Source of the DNA: Octopus sinensis
Lineage: Eukaryota
Assembly: GCF_006345805.1 (NCBI RefSeq)
Contig: NW_021826280.1
Location: 1 to 35,795 of the forward strand
Direction: 5' to 3'
Length of the DNA stretch: 35,795 nt
Below the pieces are notes generated by a model that did not search any database, was not told the DNA's origin, and saw only the letters and a list, made by a program, of their open reading frames with translations. Numbering within the stretch: the stretch's first letter is position 1; the number at the start of each line of letters is the position of its first letter. Shown one piece after another: positions 1 through 10,476 of this stretch. The position numbers and the translations under genes were made by a program.

Positions 1-477
1 GAAGAAGAAGAAAAGAAGAAGAAGAAGAAGAGAAGAAGAAGAAGACAGTAATGAAGAAAGAGATAAGAATTAATGAAAAGGTTCATGGCAGAAGGGAAGA
101 AAAAGGTAGAAAAGCATAAAAGATAATGAAGAAAAGTGTGGCATAGAGGAGGAAAATGTGATGCAATTTTTATGGTGTATTTATTGAAGTGAACAATATG
201 GTTTCAATACCAGAAAAGCAAGGGAAATCCTTTGAAAGAATTAGCTACAGAAAACTAAAGCTTATATGTCTTAGGACAAGTCCATTATAACTGAGGTATT
301 ACTAGGATATATTTAGATTTTAATTAGTCATGAAAGGAAAAATTGTGATATATAAATTTCAAACATGACAAGAAGTAAAATACAAATCTGATGAGCATGA
401 TGAAGAGGGAGAAAAATGGCAAACGGCTGCTCGGTGAAGATGGAGAAGTTGTAAGATGAAGCATGTCAGCAGAGAGC

Positions 478-517
<40 letters not shown>

Positions 518-2609
518 AGTAAGAAAGTTTGCAGATGAGCATGTCGGTGAAGAAGAAAATTAAAAAGAAGAATAATAAGGTGGAAGAGAGATAAAGCGAA
601 ATGGCAGACGATCAGCTTAAAAGAGATATGTGATATGAATGAACATTATCTCATGGCATAGCCATTGCATAATACTTGATAAGAAATAGAAGACACTTTT
701 GAATACAGTTTTCAGACAAAAGGAATTACAAGACATAGATGGCAACATTGTGTATTTCATCTATGTGCTTAAAGTCATTGTGATGAGAACACATTGATTT
801 CCAAATAGCCAATCTAGGTGACAACGGCAGCCATTTTCTCTCCATGTAGAATCTAAAGAGAAAGTTTAATAGCAAAGGATTATTCCATTTTATTTTATTT
901 TATGTTTAGTTTATATATATATATTTATTATTATTATTATTATTTTTTTTTTTTTAATACTACGACTTTGAATTGGAGTGATTAAAGACTGCAGAAGAGA
1001 AAAAAAAAAAGAAAGAAAGAAAAGAAACGAAAAGAAAGTAAAGAAAGAAAGAAAAAATGAAAGAAAAGGTGCTTAAATGTTTGAATTTATTGCTGGCATC
1101 TTATGTGTTATCTTTATTTTATGGTAAGATGAAATAGTTCTTTTATTTATTTTATTTATTTTTTTTTTATTTCTAATAGTGGACAGATATAAATAGCTGT
1201 TAAATGTTAGAAGTGCAGTGGTGTATGGCTTTGAAATTTATATCTGGTGTCGAATCTTTTATTCACTAGTGTTTTTATTTATTTATCTACTTACTGTAGA
1301 TTTGAGCATTATATTCTAGAGGCATGACTTTGTCCCGAAGTGTGAAAAGTGTTTGTTTGGTGTGGTTAAAGTGATTTTTATTTGAAATTTTCCTTTTGTT
1401 TTAGATAATTTTTTATTTTTACTAAAAATTTTTATTTCTTTTAAAATTCTAGTAAAGTTTTTTTTTTGTTTTTTGTTTTTTTTTGTATTTTATTTGTCTT
1501 CTCTTTTTCTTGGGAACAGGCCGTATGCAGACAATGCATTTCAAAGCTAGTTTTACAGTTGATAGGTTGTGTATGTGTTGCTTAATACAGATTGTTAGGG
1601 AAAGAACGTAAAAGACAGATTCACAAAAATGGTATAATGGCCTTGAGTAAAGCTGGTACAAGAACAGACTGGTCGTTCACACTGTGTAAATGTCAATGAA
1701 TACAATATAACAGGAGAAAGTAACTAATGTATAAGATGCTCTCTTGAATTACATTGGCACACCAGAATTATGGCTACTTGGTGGCGCTTGCATTCAAGAA
1801 AGAAGAAACTTCTTTGGTGACTCCTAGAAGAATTGCCAAACACAAAGAGGCCAAAAAAATGCAAGAATGTAGTGGTAGTAGTAATAGATACACTGTAGGC
1901 TGTTATGTAAGACTTTGTCAGAGATTAAAAGAGAATTTGTGCTAATCATTTTCATTGACAATATTCAGTGCAAGACTTAAGTTTAAAGAATTAAGTTTTC
2001 TTTACTGCTTTGTGTAGATGTGAAAGAAAATTGAATGAAATTGAAAAATAAAAGATTAAAAAAATAAATAAACTTCTGTCCCCCCCCCCTGCTTTTCCTG
2101 TGACTACAACTGTGGCTCCTGCAACTTAGAGCTGGCTGATCATCTACACTCAGGCAGTTCTAATTAGCTTGTCTCTTCTCGGGCTCATCAATCATATTGC
2201 TAATACATCAGGCTCTTCAATGACCAGTATATATATATATATATACACACTCACATACATACATAGATAGACATATATATATACATATATATAAGTCTAT
2301 GTATGGATGTATGTATGTATGTATGTATGTATGTATGTTATATGTATTGTATGTATATATATCATATATAGGTAGATAGATAGACATATATATATATATA
2401 TAATATTACATATACATACACACATATATATATATATAAAGTAACAAAAACTGAGAAAAAGAGATCCTTCAAATGAGTGTGTTAACATCCAATTCACTCT
2501 ATTTAATTTATCTTTATATTTATAATGTGTGTGTATGTATATATATATGTATATATATATATATATATGTATATATCTATATGTATATATATATATGTAT
2601 GTATGATAT

Positions 2610-2644
<35 letters not shown>

Positions 2645-2916
2645 TAATATATTGTATTATATATATATATACATATATGTATATATATATATATAATAGA
2701 AATATTAAAATAACTAAGTCTCTCTAAAAGAGAACAGCGGCAGCGTTCCCGGAAAATAATAGTTATCGCCATACTAATATGGCATTCTTATAAAAATAAA
2801 AAGAAAAAAAAGCTGTCCGCTTATTAGCTCCATGAGGCCGTCGCTTAAGTTAGCTTTTGATACACAAACTGTATCCATATAACCTTCGAACAAGGGAGTC
2901 AGTCGCTCCACATACT

Positions 2917-2978
2917 TGACCGGCAGCTACAGACGCGTTTCGGGGTATTGCCCCTTTTCAATGCAGCGTAGCCAGCCA
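2917..2978 (-). ncRNA. Type I hammerhead ribozyme, copy 1 (U3-A8 core variant)
   Basis: Minus strand reads UGGCUGGC-UAC-GCUGCA-UUGAAAA-GGGG-CAAUA-CCCC-GAAA-C-GC-GUC^UGUAGC-U-GCCGGUCA. Stems I and II pair fully; predicted cleavage between 2932 and 2931. Confidence 0.85.
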
Positions 2979-3276
2979 GAGGTGTCGCTTCCGACAATCT
3001 CTGTTCGATGGTTTTATTTACCTAGTTTCGGTGGAATATATCCACTTGTTTTCAATAATAGAAATATTAAAATAACTAAGTCTCTCTAAAAGAGAACAGC
3101 GGCAGCGTTCCCGGAAAATAATAGTTATCGCCATACTAATATGGATTCTTATAAAAATAAGAAAAAAGCTGTCCGCTTATTAGCTCCATGAGGCCATCGC
3201 CTTAAGTTAGCTATTTGATACACAAACTGTATCCATATAACCTTCGAACAAGGGAGGTCAGTCGCTCCACACTACT

Positions 3277-3338
3277 TGACCGGCAGCTACAGACGCGTTT
3301 CGGGGTATTGCCCCTTTTCAATGCAGCGTAGCCAGCCA
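3277..3338 (-). ncRNA. Type I hammerhead ribozyme, copy 2
   Basis: Identical 62-nt motif 360 nt from copy 1; predicted cleavage 3292/3291. Confidence 0.85.
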
Positions 3339-3635
3339 GTAGGTGTCGCTTCCGACAATCTCTGTTCGATGGTTTTATTTACCTAGTTTCGGTGGAATAT
3401 ATCCACTTGTTTTCAATATAGAAATATTAAAATAACTAAGTCTCTCTAAAAGAGAACAGCGGCAGCGTTCCCGAAAATAATAGTTATTGCCATACTAATA
3501 TGGCATTCTTATAAAAATAAGAAAAAAGCTGTTCGCTTATTAGTCCATGAGGCCATCGCCTTAAGTTAGCTATTTGATACACAAACTGTATCCATATGAC
3601 CTTCGAACAAGGGAGGTCAGTCGCTCCACACTACT

Positions 3636-3697
3636 TGACCGGCAGCTACAGACGCGTTTCGGGGTATTGCCCCTTTTCAATGCAGCGTAGCCAGCCA
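3636..3697 (-). ncRNA. Type I hammerhead ribozyme, copy 3
   Basis: Identical 62-nt motif 359 nt from copy 2; predicted cleavage 3651/3650. Confidence 0.85.
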
Positions 3698-3777
3698 GTA
3701 GGTGTCGCTTCCGACAATCTCTGTTCGATGGTTATAAATAAAACCATCGAACAGAGATTGTCGGAAGCGACACCTAC

Positions 3778-3837
3778 TGGCTGGCTACGCTGCATTGAAA
3801 AGGGGCAATACCCCAACGCGTCTGTAGCTGCCGGTCA
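3778..3837 (+). ncRNA. Inverted hammerhead copy 4 with a 2-nt deletion in the GAAA core (predicted inactive, or an assembly indel)
   Basis: tggctggctacgctgcattgaaaaggggcaatacccc-aacgcgtctgtagctgccggtca; reads CCCCAACGCG instead of CCCCGAAACGCG. Confidence 0.7.
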
Positions 3838-4034
3838 AGTAGTGTGGAGCGACTGACCTCCTTGTTCGAAGGTCATATGGATACAGTTTGTGTATCAAAT
3901 AGCCAATTAAGGCGATGGCCTCATGGAGCTAATAAGCGAACAGCTTTTTTCTTATTTTTATAAGAATGCCATATTAGTATGGCGATAACTATTATATAAT
4001 ATATATATATAAATACATACTCACATACACACAC

Positions 4035-4076
<42 letters not shown>

Positions 4077-4394
4077 ATTCCTTCCTCTCAAGAGCATCAG
4101 ACTATAATTTTCTTTCTGTCCATATTTTTCTTGCAGCAGCCAACTTGTTATTGTTCGAGAAGAACTTGAAGGGTCTGTGAAAACCATGAGCATACCTGCT
4201 TCCTCAACCTGCATCAAAACGAGCAGAAAATAGATTAAAAAAAAAACAATGACACATTAAACCGGTCACAACGATTCATGCATTTGTTAATCTTATTGAT
4301 TGCGAACAGATTTCATTTGTTAAGTTAGTAATTAAATATTTTCTTAATTGATGTTTGTTAGCTTCTTCATAATTTTATTACTTTTTATTCCTTC

Positions 4395-4638
4395 ATTCTT
4401 TTACTTGTTTCAGTCGTTTGACTGTGGTCATGCTGGAGCATCACCTTGAAGTTTTTTAGTTGAATGAATCGACTCAAGTACTTATTTTTAAAAAAAGTGT
4501 GGTAATTATTCTATTGGTCTATTTTGCTGAATTGCTAAGTTATGGGGATGTAAACACACCAATACAGGTTGTTAAGCTGTGATGGGGGTGGGGACAAATA
4601 GAGACACAAGGACACATACACACACACACATCGATGTA

Positions 4639-4697
<59 letters not shown>

Positions 4698-5175
4698 ATA
4701 TATATATAAAAAGTATTAGTATCTACAAAACCCAAAGAGTGGCAAGTAACACTTAAGTGCTATGGACAGACCATAGTTAAACTCTTGGTTCGATCATGAT
4801 ATGAGTGAGGATTTTATTGTGAGTCTTGTATTAGCCTGCATATATATATATATATATTTAACAAAAACAGATAACGAAACCAAGGCTGTGAGGAGTTTTC
4901 AGGACATTTATAAAGAAAGAGATATAGTCTTACAGCTGTTTCTGGGATAGCCATAATATCCCACAAACAGCTGTAAGACTATATCTCCTTTAAAATGTCC
5001 TAAAAACTCCTCATAGCCTTGGCTTTGTTATCTGCTTTTGTCGAATATATATACATATATATATATTCGACAAATATATATGTATGTATATATATATATG
5101 TGTGTGTATGTATATATATATATATATATATACATACATACATAACATTATATATATATAATATATATATATATA

Positions 5176-5221
<46 letters not shown>

Positions 5222-5403
5222 GTATATATGTATGTATGTATATACATGGCAGACGTCTTTCAGTTTCTCTCGACCAAATCCACTCACAAGGCTTTGGTCA
5301 GCCCAATGCTATAGTAGAAGACACTTGTCCAAGGTGTCATGCAGTGGGATTGAACCTGGAACCATGTGGTTGGAAGACAAGCTTCTAACCACACAGCCAT
5401 TCC
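4395..5403 (-). mobile_element. SINE family A copy split at its internal (TA)n tract by about 600 bp of microsatellite and inserted pieces
   Basis: 3' half at about 4395-4620 and tRNA-like 5' half at about 5246-5403, both homologous to the intact copy at 10477-10890. Confidence 0.75.
4861..5041. repeat. Fold-back palindrome (~85-bp imperfect arms) centred on a hammerhead-like stem II
   Basis: Arms acaaaaacagataac...tacagctgtttctgggata and tatcccacaaacagctgtaagac...gttatctgcttttgt around a GCCATAA loop. Confidence 0.8.
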
Positions 5404-5550
5404 AGCACCTTTTGTCTATATTTCCATTTCAGTTTGTTTTCTAATACTTCTTTCTTCTATGTGCACAAGGCCTGAAATTTTTTGGAAGGCAGCTAATTGA
5501 TTACAGTGGTGCTGGTACTCAACTGGCATTTATTTTATTAGCCTCCAAAA

Positions 5551-5826
5551 TTTGTAAGCCTATTTATTCTACCAGAATCTTTTGCCGAACACACAGACAC
5601 CTATTGTGAAGCAGTGGAGGAGGACGAACACTGACTCAAAGACACACACACACACAAATATATATGGCAGGCTTCTTTCAGTTCCCATTTACCAAATCTA
5701 CTCACAAGGCTTTAGTCGCCTTGAGCTACAGTAGCAGACACTTGCCCCATGGTTCCACACAGCAGAATTGAACCCAAGACCACATACCTGGGAAACAAGC
5801 TTCTTTACCACACAACCACATCTGCA
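5551..5826 (-). mobile_element. SINE family A, degraded
   Basis: Diverged matches to caaatccactcacaaggcttt and gacacttgccc, plus the tRNA-like head. Confidence 0.65.
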
Positions 5827-6282
5827 GCTTTATTAAATCATACTGATATGACTTTTTAACAAAAAAAAATCCTCCAACCATGGATTGCTTTGATCAAAGT
5901 TTGTCATTTCTTCTGTAGTTTCTTCAGTTGACTGCATTCACCATTTTCCAAAGAACTATACTTATTCGGTCTTTTGTTCACTTCCAAAATTGATCCCTTT
6001 TTGCTTGGTTCTTATCTGTTCTTGCTTCAGGCTAATAACAATTGATCTTCTTCTTTACTTACAAAATCACAAAATACCATTCTTTTCCATTTAATTCTTT
6101 TAGTCAGTTTTCGATTTCACTTCTCACCCTATCGTATAATTATATCCTGAATATAGTCTCTTACCCATTTCATAGCATCTTCCTTCTACAGTTCTCTTCA
6201 TTTGTTTTCCATGGCTTTTTATCACCAGAAAGTTGTTATCTGCTCTTGAAGCATTTTAGTGTATAACATTAATCTGCCAAAA

Positions 6283-6965
6283 AGGCAGTGAGCTAGCAGA
6301 ATCGTTAGCATGCCGGGCAAAATGCTTAGCAGTATTTTGTCAATCTTTATGTTCCGAGTTCAAATTCTGCCCGGGTCAACTTTGCCTTTCATCCTTTTGG
6401 GGTTCATAAATTGAGTACCATTTGCGCACTGGGGTCGATCTAATCGACTGGCCCCCTACCCTAAAATTTCAGGCCTTGTACCTAGAGTAGAAAAGAATAT
6501 AGTGAAATCAACAGGCGGCGAGCTGGCAGAAATGTTAGCCCGTCGAGCAAAATACTTAGCAGTATTTCGTCTGTCATTACGTTCTGAGTTCAAATTCTGC
6601 CTAGGCTGACTTTGCCTTTCATCCTTTCGGGGTTCATAAATTGAGTACCATTTGCATACTGGGGTCGATCTAATCGACTGGGTCCCCCTACCCTAAAATT
6701 TCAGGCCTTGTACCTAGAGTAGAAAAGAATATAGTGAAATCAACAGGCGGCGAGCTGGCAGAAATGTTAGCCCGTCGGGCAAAATGCTTAGCAGTATTTC
6801 GTCTGTCATTACGTTCTGAGTTCAAATTCTGCCCAGGCTGACTTTGCCTTTCATCCTTTCGGGGTTCATAAATTGAGTACCATTTGCGTACTGGGGTTGA
6901 TCTAATCGACTGCCCCCCCCCCCACATCACCAAAAATTTTGAGGCTTGTGCCTAGAGTATAAAAG
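6283..6965 (+). mobile_element. Head-to-tail trimer of SINE family C within one 17-bp TSD
   Basis: Three copies of ggcggcgagctggcagaa...ctttcatcctttcggggt...gagtacc. Copies 2 and 3 have a 232-bp period. aacattaatctgccaaa at 6265-6281 and 6966-6982. Confidence 0.85.
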
Positions 6966-7029
6966 AACATTAATCTGCCAAAGAACAGATGGGTGATATT
7001 TTTCTGAAAACTATGGAAACTGATGTATA

Positions 7030-7060
<31 letters not shown>

Positions 7061-7099
7061 ATAATAATTATGATAATAATAATAATAATAATAATAATA

Positions 7100-7580
7100 A
7101 TATTTGTCTTGGTATAAAAGATGGGCTACAGCAAATATTCTGCTCAATACCACAGATTTGCTTGTCAGTTGTTTGACCTTAACCAGTTGAGCATGTCCCT
7201 TAGTGGCTGACGATATGTGCATCTCTGATCACGAGCAGAAGTAGTGGGGGAGCATCATGGCCATGTGTTGAGAGGGATTCTTTGGGGTTTGGATAATTCA
7301 CCTCTGGAAACATGGGTGTTTCGTTCAACGTCCTTAAACAACCCTTATTCAGGGCCCTTTTGAGCGGGATGGGTTACTCGATCTGAAGAAAATTCTAACT
7401 GGGCCCCACCTGCAAGGTCATGTGCTGTTTATCTTGATATGAGATCACCATGTCGCGCACATATGGTTGTGATGCATGTGCCTGGTGTACCCTTATCAGA
7501 CGGGTAGTCATGATGGGTATACTGGGCTTCGTATATTTTACCCCAGTGTCACTTTGATGGCATGCTCTGCTCGCTCACTC
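7100..7580. mobile_element. Interspersed repeat (probable retroposon 3' end) between (AAT)n tracts
   Basis: Higher-GC complex island bounded by (AAT)n. Recognised from memory as a common octopus repeat; single copy in this window and family not assignable. Confidence 0.45.
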
Positions 7581-8289
7581 AATAATAATAATAATAATAA
7601 TAATAATGGTAATAATAATAACTATTATTATTCCTTTTGTCTAGGCAAATGGCCAATTTTGTTGTTGAAACATATATTTGACTGGAATGACCCGGGTATG
7701 TTTGGTCAAGTCGCTTCTCTTACTTTACAAATTTACTTTCTGACACTTAGCAAAGACTGAGAAAATACTGTTAACTTGTTTAAATACTATTATTATTAAC
7801 TTCACATCATTTCTCTCTTCAACTTTATTCATTACGATAGCTTATCTTCCTATCCAACTCTAGTACAACATGCTATAAATTATTTTGCTTCAGAATTTCT
7901 CCCAGTAGCTGTAAGCACTGCATTGTGATTTGTAGATTTCTTTAGTGGAATCGCTTCCATCACATGCTCTCAAATCAGAATTCCTTGGGAATTTGGAAAA
8001 ACTTCTTAAAATTTTCTTTGAAATGATATATGAATTTATACTTTCATTTATACGTAAGATGCAGGAATCGCTGAGTTCATTTGCAACTGTGTTGTTTTGG
8101 GTTCTGTCCCCCTGTGCTCCAGCTTCAGCAAGTATCTTCTACTATAGTCTCAATCTAACCAATACCTTATGAATGAATTTGATGGACAGAAACTGTGAGG
8201 AAGCCTGTCTTTTATATATGTGTGTGTTTATATATGTATATATACATGTGTGTGTACATGTGTATATATATATATATATATATTTATTT

Positions 8290-8823
8290 ATTAATCAATA
8301 TAGGGTGGCAAAAAATTTCGTAGAATTTATTTGCCACCAGCGGCCTAGTGGGAAAAAATTAAATAGTCATAGACCATTTATAAGTTCAACATCACAATCA
8401 AGGAATGGCCATAATAGGCCATTCACCCACTAGAAATAACAGCCAAAGCTTCAACCGCAAAATAACATCAATTCCGCAAACCAGGAGAAAATTAAAAAAA
8501 CATTTACCCTGTAATTTCTTATACGATGCAACCGTTTCATCTATTGTTTAATGGTAAACTAACCTGATTAAATTAAATCAAGCCAATCTTCCATAGGCCG
8601 ATAGATTCGTCAGTAAGAACAGCCAAGATCCGAGCAGATATTATCACGAGGCATCTCTATCCCTGCCTCGGCAATATCTGACCTAAAATTTTCAAATCAT
8701 CGCACTCACGCCAAATTTATCGGCAGCTATATAAGCCGCCGATTCCATTACGGAATTAACCAGAAAATTCATAATTAATCAATATAGGGTGGCAAAAAAT
8801 TTCGTAGAATTTATTTGCCACCA
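8290..8823 (-). mobile_element. Penelope-like / retrozyme-like element: 484-bp unit plus 50-bp terminal direct repeat
   Basis: attaatcaatatagggtggcaaaaaatttcgtagaatttatttgccacca occurs at 8290-8339 and 8774-8823, with a complete HHR between. Inserted in a TA/TG microsatellite. Confidence 0.7.
8516..8619 (-). ncRNA. Type I hammerhead ribozyme, family 2 (long stem II)
   Basis: UUCUUA-CUGACGA-AUCUAU[long structured loop]AUAGAU-GAAA-CGGU-UGC-AUCG-UA^UAAGAA. 6-bp stem I, 6-bp base of stem II, 5-bp stem III; GUA cleavage between 8522 and 8521. Confidence 0.8.
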
Positions 8824-8898
8824 TATATATACACATGTACACACACACACACGCATATATATATATTTACATGTGTGTGTGTGTACATATGTATATAT

Positions 8899-8931
<33 letters not shown>

Positions 8932-8990
8932 CATGTACACACACGCATATATATATATTTACATGTGTGTGTGTGTACATATGTATATAT

Positions 8991-9032
<42 letters not shown>

Positions 9033-9034
<2 letters not shown>

Positions 9035-9180
9035 AGGCACGTAGCTCAATGGTTAGGGTGTCACCATCATGATCGTCAGATTGTGGTTTCGATTCCTGGA
9101 CTGGGCGATGCGTTGTGTTCTTGAGCAAAACACTTCATTTCACGTTGCTCCAGTCAACTCAGCTGGCAAAAATGAGTAAC
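9033..9180 (+). mobile_element. tRNA-derived SINE family B, 3'-truncated
   Basis: A-box (tagctcaatgg) and B-box (gtttcgattcc) followed by gttgtgttcttgagcaaaacac...gctccagtcaactcagctgg; homologous to 30123-30433. Confidence 0.8.
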
Positions 9181-9245
9181 GCTGGGGTTAAAAACAACAG
9201 AAACATTGTCCTCTATAGGACCGCCACATTTAGTTGGTAAAGATA

Positions 9246-9305
<60 letters not shown>

Positions 9306-9619
9306 ATATACACATATTTATATATATAATATATGTATATATGTGTGAGTACTTTTCTTAAAGTAGGGAAATAGCTTTTTGCTGCTATTTCTAAAAATTT
9401 CAGTATGTCGCAAAGTAATTTATTTTACTGAGCCCTAATTAATTAACGTAATATTTTGAATTCGCCTTAAATGGTCCTTTTATATACTGAACACTACTTG
9501 GTGAAATTAATTAATAACTAATTGATTTTTACCCTTAATTATTGATATATATATATATATTATATATTATATTATATATATATGTGTGTGTGTGTGTGGT
9601 GTGTATGTGTGTGTGTATG

Positions 9620-10320
9620 ATTATGTTTGTCCCACCACTGTTTGACTTCTGGTGTTCATTTGTGTATATCCCTGCTGTAACTTAGCAGATCAGTAAAAGA
9701 GATCAATCCAAAAATCACCAGGCTTCAAAAGAAAACAAAAAACAAAAACTAAATTTTAGGGTTGATTAAACCCTTCAAGGCAGTGCTCCATCATAGCCGT
9801 ATTCCAGTGATTGTAACAAGTAAAAGATGAAAGAAAAGATTCACCATAGGTGGAGGCATGGCTCTGTGGTAAGAAGCTTGCTTCCCAACTACATGGTGTT
9901 GGGTTCAGTTCCACTGTGTGATACCATGGGCAAGTGTCCTCTACTATATAGCCTTGGGCCGTCCAAAACCATTTGAGTGGATTTGGTATATGGAAACTGA
10001 AAGAAGCCCATCATATATATAATAATATAAGATACATATATATATATATATAAATGTATATATATATATATACATATGCATATAAACATATATATATATA
10101 TATATTATTATGTGTGTGTGTTTGTTCTCCTGTCATTACTTGACAACAGATATTGGTGTGTTTATGTCACCAATAACTTAGTAATTTAACAAAAGTGTGC
10201 CGATAGAATAAGTATTAGGCTTACAAAGAATAACCACTGGGGTTGATTTCTTCAAGTATAACCCTTCTAGGTGGTGCTCCAGCATGGCTGCAGTCAAATG
10301 ACTGAAACAAATAAATGAAT
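9620..10320 (+). mobile_element. SINE family A: 3'-half copy (about 9620-9835) followed by a full diverged copy (9849-10320)
   Basis: Homology to 10477-10890. Confidence 0.8.
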
Positions 10321-10476
10321 ACCAGAAAAGAATATGTCCACAATTCTTTAATCTTTAAAATTACATTTATATTTTTAATCAGATTTGGGGAGAGTATAAC
10401 TTACGTTTGGCAAGGTTACTGTAGTTAAATTTAATTTAAATTCTATGTTAGCAAAAAACAAAAAAAGCATGAGAAT

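Larger units (their letters stand above)
2693..3995 (-). mobile_element. Tandem ~360-bp hammerhead-containing repeat array (retrozyme / non-autonomous Penelope-like pLTR repeats): 2 full units, 1 near-full unit, 1 inverted partial unit
   Basis: Units start at about 2693, 3055 and 3416 (GAAATATT anchor at 2699, 3061, 3421). Unit 3 ends at 3733 and an inverted copy runs 3735-3995. Each unit carries an HHR. Flanked by (TA)n on both sides; no RT or endonuclease ORF. Confidence 0.85.

Noticed and set aside
3596-3856. 86-aa ORF across the inversion junction
   Set aside because: By-product of the GC-richer repeat and palindrome; no recognisable domain.
4196-4208. 13-nt minus-strand micro-exon (tgcag|GTTGAGGAAGCAG|gtatgc)
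   Set aside because: Good splice signals but frame-shifting length and no partner exons identified.
9033-9110. tRNA genes (also SINE heads at 10477, 30123, 35173)
   Set aside because: A and B boxes are present but there is no complete cloverleaf and they run into SINE bodies.
9195-9225. GAAACATTGTC half-motif after SINE B
   Set aside because: No upstream core or stem II; too short to support.
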